Shown here in pieces: positions 49,905-59,822 of a DNA stretch of 59,822 bases. This DNA comes from Trichinella spiralis. Lineage: Eukaryota. Position numbers and translations under genes: made by a program. The notes under the pieces were generated by a model. That model was not told the origin of the DNA. It was given only the letters and a program-made list of their open reading frames with translations, and did no database searches. Position 1 is the stretch's first letter, and every line of letters begins with the position of its first letter. Where the stretch lies: contig NW_003526944.1 of assembly GCF_000181795.1 (NCBI RefSeq), positions 1,565,639 to 1,625,460 of the forward strand, read 5' to 3'.

Positions 49905-51781
49905 CCTGTGCAGCAAACGTCTGTACAAGTTGATTATCCTGTGGCAAGCTTGTTGTTTGGTTTATGTAGTTGGTTGAAGTGGAAATTAGGTGACATTGGG
50001 ACGGCACTGCTAGGAACACTGAATACCTAATGTCGACCAAAGACAAATTAATTCAAAGGCCTCGTCCTAGCTAGGTTACTGTCACGACAAGGGCCACGCT
50101 GCGCTTTTGTAATTCAACGTGCAATTTTGCAGCCAGCTTTTCTTTTTCTCAACAATTGCACTCGTTGGGCGGGACCGTTGTTGACGAAGGTTCTCAGCCT
50201 GAAAACTGACCGCACGTTTCCCACGTCACTCCTAATTGCTATGACATAACAAACAAGCCGTTTTAAAGACAAGTTTTGTAAAACATAGATGCTGCTCGAC
50301 CTAGAACCGATGGGTGTCAAAACTGACGCCATTTTCATGATCCACCATGCAGTTTAAAATTAATAAATGACAGCGGAAATAAAATTCATGTGTCATAATT
50401 CAGGCAGCAACTGAAATGCCGTTTAGCCGTTTCAATTATTAGCATTTCAATTAGCAGTAGAAGACAAACAATTAATCACATTAAAATTGAAAATATTTGC
50501 ACAGTTTTTAAATTAAAAATTCAATTTTAAGAATTAATAATAAGCAAGCATACAGGGAAAAAATCTAAAATTAATCTTTATTTCGAACAATGTAACATGA
50601 ATATATTTTGCATTTCACAAATATTTATTGAATAATTGGATATTCAATTTGCATAAAATTAATAATACTCGAGGGTTCTTCAGTTGTATTATAAACATAT
50701 ATCCTTTCAAATTTGTACAATTGCAAAAGTTTAATTAATTAAAGTTGTTTACATTTTGCATTGATCTCAATTTCAAAATAAAAAAAATTTTTTTACAGGT
50801 CATTCTGGCGACAGACAGAATTTCTCTCTGTCACGGTCATATATTATTATTTTGAATGACATGCTTAACTTATTTTTGAAAAGTTATGTTTTCATGTCAC
50901 TTTACTTCTTGTCTTATTTTATAAGATTTTTTTTTGAAAAAAGCAAAATTATTTAAAGCATTAATTGTAACACTCATCGATGCTCTTCATGCTTTGTAAA
51001 TTTGTTTTACAAGCTTACGCTTTATTCAAATATAACAATTTTGAAATGTAAACATAAATTTTCACAATGCCGAATGCAAATGAAATGAAATTCAAATATG
51101 AACACCTGATGCTGCTCATATTGCGCTTGTTGTTGCACATATTTCTGCTATGACGCACAAAGATAAGTAATTTCTTCAACGTCGAAACGTCAATAAATAA
51201 TAAAAATAAGCAGGTTGTAAATCTGGATAAGAATTTTCAGATTTGTTTTTCATATTATTTAAAAAATAACTAAACAGAAGGAAAAATAATTGCATCAAAT
51301 ATTCAACGTTGCACAAACATGCTTTCTTTTCATGAATTTTCAGTTTTGGAACATTGGGAAATTTGGACTTTGCAAATGTGAACAAAAGAGATAAAAACGT
51401 CAAGCTGTTGCAGGTTTTGCAGCTTCACTTCAACGGGCTTTAAAGCGATCACTTATTTGAAATATTTCTCAACATTTCACCTGTGACGTAGCATATTATT
51501 ACATTTACCTACCTGTAAATGCTATTATTTGAAGCAAAAATCAAATTTGGTTACAAATTCTACGACGAGTTTGTGAACAAATTTTTATTAAGCATCAAGC
51601 GCTTTATTTATAAAAAAAAGTTGCTAGATCTTAGAGTTTACACGTTTGTTACTTCTGCGAAAATATGTTTTACATATATTGCTATTTAAAACAATAGCAT
51701 GCTCATTCCTGCCGTCAATAAGTTGCTTTGCATACTGTAACATGAGCTATTCCAACATTATCTTTCCAATAGCAGTTAGCT
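49572..51781. repeat. 32-bp exact dispersed direct repeat (49572-49603 and 51750-51781)
   Basis: TTCCAACATTATCTTTCCAATAGCAGTTAGCT occurs at both positions with unrelated flanks. Confidence 0.9.
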
Positions 51782-51969
51782 TTAATGATAGCAAAAGTGC
51801 AGAAAAAGCGTTGATATTTACTTGGCGAAAAGGTTTGAAAATAAAGTAAGATTTGTAAAATGTTTGAAAAATTGATATTTTAAAGTCAACTGATTACAAC
51901 TTTAGATAAGTTGTCTCTTGTGAAATATAAATTTTTGTTGAATTCAATTGAGCATTTTAGGCTTCATCG

Positions 51970-54612
51970 ATGATCAAATTACGCTGTTCATATCAAAATT
52001 ATGAATGGGGAAAGCAAGGACCTGCCAGCAGAGTTTTTACGTTGATCTCCAATATTCATCCCGAAAAAGCTTTGCCACGTGATCAGCCATACGCCGAGGT
52101 AAGATTGTTTACTTTATTTTACAAACATATTCGATAGTGAATCTGATCTTTAAAATGCCCATTACGTAACTGTTTATTATAATAATGAAAGAAAGTAAAT
52201 AATTTATGTATGTAGAAATCATAAGAAATAGAAATTATTCATTTGATCGTACAATAATTTAGCTTTTAACTTTTCAAGCTTTCATCTACGCATTGAAATA
52301 CATATCAGATTCGAACTGAGTTGTTTGGCATTTGAAACTATTTATCATAAAGAAATGTAAATTGGTGATATATTTTTTTTTCTCTTCAACAATAGAAACA
52401 GATGGTTCATTTTAAATACAGGCGGTTTTATTGAACAATAAGAACACGGAACTTGTTCGTTTTCATGCTTTGTGCATTTTATGCACTGACCCATTTTCTA
52501 TATTATTCAGTATAATTAAAGACATCACTGAATATGTTGATAAAAATAACACTGAAGTAGAAAAACAAAGTGATGAACGTTATTTATTGTTGAAGGAAAT
52601 GGAATATAAATTTTAGTGGAAACAAGCAAAAATTGTTTATTATTTAACAGCTTCACACAGCTATCAATTAAGAATTAAAAGAAACAGTATAAAATGCTTA
52701 TATTTCATTTTTGCTTGATGTTAGCTCAGTTTTATAAATTACCGATTTGTTTTTATTTTCATTTTTCCACTAGTCTAGGCAGATTAATAGGTAATTTTTT
52801 GTTAGACAGAATATTCCCATAATACTGTAGGGAAATAAAGTATTATTCTGAATATTTTGAGCAAATTATTTCATTGTTATATGTTTCTAATTTTGCAAAT
52901 GAAAAGTACATTATTAGATGTAGATGATAATTCAGTGTGAAGTGTTGTTATGTTTATTTTTTATGAAATTAATTTGTTTGTACACGTTTTAAATCAACTC
53001 GTGTAAATTGTTTCGATTATTTGCTTTTGAATTATAGCTGTGGATGGGTACACATGCTAAAGGACCTTCAACAATTGATTCAGGTGATCAGCAACCTCTG
53101 GCCAATTGGTTAGCTGAACATCCTGATTTGGCTGGAGAAAGTTTGATTCCATTGATTGATCACGATCACAACGTACTCAATTTGCCATTTTTATTCAAAG
53201 TTCTTTCTGTTAATAAAGCATTGTCTATTCAAGTGCACCCGCACTCTGTAAGAGAAGTGGATTATCTTTTATTCGAATAAGAGTTTGATTAATTTTTTTT
53301 TCTACCTGCAGAATGAAGCAAAATTGCTGCACGAAGCTGATCCGAAAAATTATCCGGATCCGAATCATAAACCAGAAATGGCGATTGCGTTGACTTCGTT
53401 TGAGCTACTGTGCAGTTTTCGACCGCTTGCAGAGATTTCGAAAAATTTTCAAGGTTCAATTCGATCATAATTAACGTTTTCTTTTATTCTTTTTGCAAGA
53501 TTTTCATTTCAGATATACCAGAATTGGTCGAATTATGTCACTGCAACAACGTCGAGAAATTTCAAGAACAGTTCAGATGTGGAGTTTGTACGGACCTGCT
53601 TAGAAATTCTCTCAAAGCATGTTTCACAGCTTTGATGAATCAGTCCAGTGACAGCGTTCAGAAGCAGTTCGACCGATTGATGGAACGAGTGAGGGCAATG
53701 TTTGTTGTGTTATTAGAATTATCAGTAGCTTACATTTCAGTGGAATTTCTATTTCAGGCGAAGGGGTTGCTATTGAACAATGCTGAAGCTGTTCTGGGTA
53801 CGGTGAGCGTTAGCTTGCTGACTCGGCTGAGCAGCAGTTATCCTGGTGATGTGGGATGCTGGGCTCCATTTTTTTTCAATCATTTCACCTTGCAACCAGG
53901 CGAAGCAGTTTTTCTCGGTCCTGGTGAACCACATGCATATCTGTATGGAGGTAATGAATACTTTTTTTGGAAATTAATTTCTATTAAAATATTTAACCCA
54001 GCATGCGCAGCATTAAAAGTGTTTCAGCTTATTACTTTTTGATTGCAAATTAAGAGTGGTGTTGAATTTTGTACTGATAAGCTATTTACTATGCTTGACA
54101 TTAATTATATATTAACTTATTTTATACTGTCATTAATTTAATAATTTTACAGATTGCATAGAATGCATGGCCTGCTCAGATAACACTGTACGCGCAGGTT
54201 TAACACCGAAATTCAAAGATATTCAGACTCTTTGCAATATGCTGACATACAGAAGCGTTGAAGTGGAGAAAGTTAAACTGATCGGCAAAGTTGACTCAGA
54301 AGATTTATTTCTAACAGTCTACGATCCACCTGTGAAAGAATTTTGTGTTCACAAAATTGAAGTAAGTCAAATTTTGAAAAACGACGAACAAAATTTATCA
54401 TTACACAATTTGTGCAGGTAAAGCACATTGGAGAATACAATCTTCTTTCCTTGACAGTTTGCAGTATACTTCTAGTGCTTGAGGGTCAGGCTTCGTTCGC
54501 ATCGGGCAAGCTTACATCTGGCTTTGCAGCATTAGTACCTGCCAACTTAAATATCACTTTATCCGTATTGCAATCACCGTTCATTGCATTTCGTGCATTT
54601 TGCAAGCAATGA
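51970..54612 (+). CDS. mpi: Mannose-6-phosphate isomerase (type I PMI), about 7 exons
   Basis: [70 protein letters not shown]...[26 protein letters not shown]. Confidence 0.96.
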
Positions 54613-56253
54613 ATATTATTAGTTTACTTACTTAGTCTGTGCAGAGAGTAGAAAGCGTGCCATATTTTGTCTCACTAAAAGAAGCATATGTTGTGAATTA
54701 TCTGAAAATAATCTCAAAAATTTGTTGTTCTTCTAACAATACATTTGTTCCAAAATGAAATTCCATAGTATAGATAATCTTTTTTATGTCAATTGAAGAG
54801 AACAGTGTTTGCTGGTTATCAGTATAATTCTTAGAAAGAGATGACTACATTTGAGGCTGAACATTATTTATTGTCGATCGCGACCGAAAAACGGGAAATA
54901 TGGTGCACCACTTTTGGGTGGAGAGCTCTGTTAAGCATGGATATATTTTGAAATTGGATGAATATATTTTGGATGATGAATGATTTGTGGAGGTGATGAA
55001 TATATTTTGAAATTGGAAGAAAATGGTCAACTTTAATTATATGTGAATCTAGAATTGGATGGAAAATTCGCTCAAACGAAATTCAAATCAGGCGCCGCAT
55101 ATTTGCTGATAAATGAAGAAACGTTTTAAAAATTGTTCAGAGAAACAAAGTATTAATGCATGTATTCAATATATGTTTCTGTTTTTGATATATTTTCTTC
55201 ATTTTTGCAAGATTTCAACTCTTTTCAAATGGATAGATGAAAAACTTATGGTTAATGAAACGGCGAATTCGTATACATAAAGAATATCTGTTGCGTTGTT
55301 GAACAGAGTACTAATGCCGAAGTTCATTATATAATTAAATTTTCAGTCGCTTTACGCCAATTATGATATTAATATGCTAATGCAGAATGACCCTATTGCA
55401 TAATAATTAGTAGAAATCAATATTTGTATATTCGTGCTATTTGTTTTATATTGCGCTTCATTTCAAGTAATTGAATGCGAATGATGTGCGGCGATGCAAC
55501 AATAGCCTTTCGACTGGATAACCGCACGACCACCCATAAACATATTTACGCTTTTTGAATTGTATTTATATTTAAACGTAATTCAGAACACGCCCCAACA
55601 AAGTGATCGACATGGAAAAGCAGACATCCTTTAAAGTAAGTTGCACGTTTTTCAGTTAATTCGTATCTGCTCAAAAGTATTCTTTAAAATAGAATTCATG
55701 AATTCACTGTCCATCAACATAATTAGTCGTTCCTATGTGTATAGTTTCTGAAATTGAGCGAATATTTTAATTTCATCTTGTTATATCATAGCAATGAGAT
55801 TATAATCAAAATCATTTCTCGGAAGCAGTATTAACTCATGAAAATATTTCAATTGCGTTCACAGACATGGCGCAACACAGTAGAATAGCGTTAACTGTGC
55901 ATTGAATTCTAGTTAGATAAATGAAAATCAAACGTTCTTCAACTGAAAATATAATTCAGCATTTAGAAATAAAACAAATTCAAGCTTGAGCTCCCACGGA
56001 GTTACGCTTCATACGGTAACTACGTCATATGTAGATCTCAATACATTTCAAACACGTTATTTCAAAACCAACCGAAATGTGAAAAAAACGGTTCATCTAT
56101 CCACTTTTACTTGATTTACTATTACGCGCATAAATTTCAAATCATAAAAATTTTCAGTATTCTTTTTGCTTTTCATTAATACTAAATGAGTGGCTATTTC
56201 AATTTCGATTCATTCTTCCTGACAATAATTGATTGCTGGGTCAGAAATAAATG

Positions 56254-58700
56254 GCAAATGTAGCAGTTTGTGAGGAATTTATATAGAAATTGCAAATAGA
56301 AATAATAAACGTGACACCTTCTATGCATTTATTATGATTATGCTCAGCATTTATTCCAGTCTTTTTGAGATATGTCTTTATAAGTTCAATTTAGGAAATG
56401 TTAAACATTTCATATCAGCCTCAGTATTGATAAATGGATGCTTTATCATTGAAAATAATATTGTCCAGCTTAGGTATACGTAAATTTTCAATAACATGCA
56501 ACCGTTGATTTCGTGAGAAATTCGCCAAAATGGCTTGTTTGTGAAGTACACTTTTATATCAAAAACTAAAGTAAGATTGTATCAAATTTTAAAGAAATAT
56601 CATTCTTATCTATATTTATCATTTTCTAACGTTCATTTATCAATTAAATTGCGTAAATTATAAAATTTGGCAATTCAAGGTTGCTGTACGGATGAAAGGG
56701 AACGCAGGAACAATTGTTGCTAAAACTCGAACATTTTTTAATGAAGGAAATCAATAATTTTATTATAAAACTTAAAAAAATGTGTATTAATCCACATTTA
56801 TCAAACGCTTTTGAATTATTGCTGGAACAGATATCTCTGGTAAAGTACCATATTGATAGCGCTTTAATTGGGCATTTCTGGACAAATATAGTATAAAAAA
56901 TACAACGAACATGTACAAGTATCTTTTCTAATATAACTTCTGATTAATTTATTTTCATAAAAATTGCTTTTCTCCAAAATTGTTAAATTTCATGCGCTAT
57001 CGTATTGTATTTCTGATTTTCAGGAATCAGCAGAGGAAAATATTTTTACGAAAATTAAAAAATTTTTATATTAATTTGTTAATTAAGCTGTTTCAGGGAG
57101 AGATGCGCAATTTCCTTACACATTAGTCATTATTTTTAGAATATACGGCGTAGCAGTTTGTTAGTGTAGCGTAGGCGTCTTGTAAAATGAAAATGCTCTA
57201 GAGGAAAACATACTTCGGTCTCAACTGTGATGCTTGATTTTTATAAAATGAAGGATTTGTGATATTTAAATGTAGTACGTTTTCTAATTGCGTGTATTTT
57301 TGCAATGCTTTCCAAGATCAGAAAACTAATTTTTCCTTAATTTTCCGACTGTTTAGCTCAACATGTGAATTTATTACTCCCCAATTCATCTACCTGACTA
57401 GAAGACTTTCAATTTGTATTTTTCAAAGTACTTCATTATTTCATAACATTACATGAAATGAATTTCGAAAACAATCTTTACTTATTATTCAATAGTGCCT
57501 GAACTTTTTGTAATCTTCATTGGAAGTTTCTCTTTGGTTTGAAAATCAGTCATTACGTGATACATTTAATTCATCAGAATGTTCATTATTATTTTTGCTT
57601 TCCATTTACACCAAGAGTGTTGCCATTTGAATTCTGTTTTATTTATCTTCACAATAGTTGGTTGCTACGTCAGAAATGAATAGCAAATGTAGCAGTTTGT
57701 GAGGAATTTATATAGAAATTGCAAATAGAAATAATAAACGTGACACCTTCTATGCATTTATTATGATTATGCTCAGCATTTATTCCAGTCTTTTTGAGAT
57801 ATGTCTTTATAAGTTCAATTTAGGAAATGTTAAACATTTCATATCAGCCTCAGTATTGATAAATGGATGCTTTATCATTGAAAATAATATTGTCCAGCTT
57901 AGGTATACGTAAATTTTCAATAACATGCAACCGTTGATTTCGTGAGAAATTCGCCAAAATGGCTTGTTTGTGAAGTACACTTTTATATCAAAAACTAAAG
58001 TAAGATTGTATCAAATTTTAAAGAAATATCATTCTTATCTATATTTATCATTTTCTAACGTTCATTTATCAATTAAATTGCGTAAATTATAAAATTTGGC
58101 AATTCAAGGTTGCTGTACGGATGAAAGGGAACGCAGGAACAATTGTTGCTAAAACTCGAACATTTTTTAATGAAGGAAATCAATAATTTTATTATAAAAC
58201 TTAAAAAAATGTGTATTAATCCACATTTATCAAACGCTTTTGAATTATTGCTGGAACAGATATCTCTGGTAAAGTACCATATTGATAGCGCTTTAATTGG
58301 GCATTTCTGGACAAATATAGTATAAAAAATACAACGAACATGTACAAGTATCTTTTCTAATATAACTTCTGATTAATTTTATTTTCATAAAAATTGCTTT
58401 TCTCCAAAATTGTTAAATTTCATGCGCTATCGTATTGTATTTCTGATTTTCAGGGAATCAGCAGAGGAAAATATTTTTACGAAAATTAAAAAATTTTTAT
58501 ATTAATTTGTTAATTAAGCTGTTTCAGGGAGAGATGCGCAATTTCCTTACACATTAGTCATTATTTTTAGAATATACGGCGTAGCAGTTTGTTAGTGTAG
58601 CGTAGGCGTCTTGTAAAATGAAAATGCTCTAGAGGAAAACATACTTCGGTCTCAACTGTGATGCTTGATTTTTATAAAATGAAGGATTTGTGATATTTAA
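56254..58700. repeat. Near-identical ~1.02 kb direct duplication (56254-57269 and 57683-58700) plus a diverged partial third copy (~58699-58826)
   Basis: The identical 60-aa ORF recurs at offset 1429. By eye the copies differ only by two 1-nt indels; ~90 bp immediately upstream of each copy is homologous but clearly diverged. Confidence 0.93.
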
Positions 58701-59822
58701 GTACCATATTGATAGCGCTTTAATTGGGCATTTCTGGATAAATATAGTATAAAAAATACAACGAACATGTTCAGGTATCTTTTCTAATATGACTACTGAT
58801 TAATTCATTTTCATAAAAATTGCTATAATAGTGACTGGTCATTGAGAATTGGACGTTCTTTGAATTTTCCCATTTTAATGAAGCATGTTCATTGCTATTC
58901 TATCTGAAATTATAATAAAGGAGTTACTTTTATTTAATAAAGCGTTGCGTTGTTGAAGTGGGAGATGAATGAAAACGTTTGCAAAAGAAATTATTAGAAG
59001 AAAATGAGCTTTCACAGTCGTCAGATGTTTTTCGGTGTAATTTCATTTCGGTTCATGTTTATGAAAAGATGTTTATATACTGCATTTCATTGGCAGTTTT
59101 AAGTGAAGCTTGAATTGCAATATGTTCAATATGACAGATATATTTACTGATAATTTGATTTCTCCAAATTTGAAAAGTAACAAGAACATTTGGTTTGTTT
59201 GGTATTCCATAAACATTTTAAATATTTTATTTAAAACATATTGAATGTAATTTCTCTTGCAGTAAAATGAATTTTATTGAATTCTTGAAAACAATTTTAT
59301 GTATGTTTACTTATCGCTCGGCAAACATGTCCATTTCCAGGTCACTGAAATAACTTTATGGTAATTTGATGATGAACACTGCCCAGGGCATTCATTGTGT
59401 GCTATTCAAATGGGGAAGCGATTATTATATAAGTATTTGCTAACGTAGAACGCTCTGTCTCCACTACGCTGTGTAAATGGATAATCATTAGTGCCTCACT
59501 TATAAAAATATGTTGTGAATGCTGAAATGAAAGTACGAATTAAACCACGAGGATCAATTGGACAATTTTACGGCTCCACGTTTTTTTCATACCTCATCAT
59601 CAAACTGTCATCTGTCAGGTATGAGAGTTTTACATATTTTTTGCTCTGTTTTTTCAGTTTTATTTCTCTCAGTCTTTCTTTCTTCACACATTCTGCATTA
59701 ATTATAGTCACTTATTCCACCTCTTACAGATGTTAGATTTTAACTTTTCTGAATTGTAACCGAAGCCATTTCTGTAATGACGTTCAGCAAACAAACGACA
59801 TTTGATTAGATACATGCCAAAT

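Noticed and set aside
50697..50710. ATATCCTT as a U12-type (AT-AC) intron donor
   Set aside because: Lies in intergenic DNA with no adjoining exon; no U12 intron was found in the assembled genes.
56714..58325. Duplicated 60-aa ORF as a protein-coding gene pair
   Set aside because: TTG start and AT-rich non-coding character; the identity is explained by the DNA duplication.

Overview
AT-rich eukaryotic genomic DNA with short GT-AG introns. Gene content and intron style fit a nematode, probably a basal clade-I, Trichinella-like species (inference, not proven). I assembled about 17 mostly spliced protein-coding genes by hand: Na/K-ATPase beta (5' end only), a CTR copper transporter, UPF3/smg-4, PCYT1, a divergent intronless eIF4E, a somatostatin/allatostatin-C-type GPCR, a two-domain LAMP, a 63-aa COPS9/CSNAP microprotein that the ORF track does not recover, mitochondrial PNPase, RPL14, C12orf57/C10, a TSP1+5xCBM14 chitin-binding protein, a five-finger Zic in a gene desert, a secreted CBM14-like/Cys-repeat protein with orphan downstream exons, a secreted PAN-like protein and mannose-6-phosphate isomerase. 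Non-coding features include a hAT-like MITE (two copies), a 32-bp exact dispersed duplicate and a near-identical ~1 kb duplication. The strongest leads are the eIF4E lacking key cap-binding residues, the COPS9-PNPase operon-like pair and the Zic locus. I found no rRNA, tRNA or CRISPR array. Exon boundaries are read by eye and need RNA-seq confirmation.
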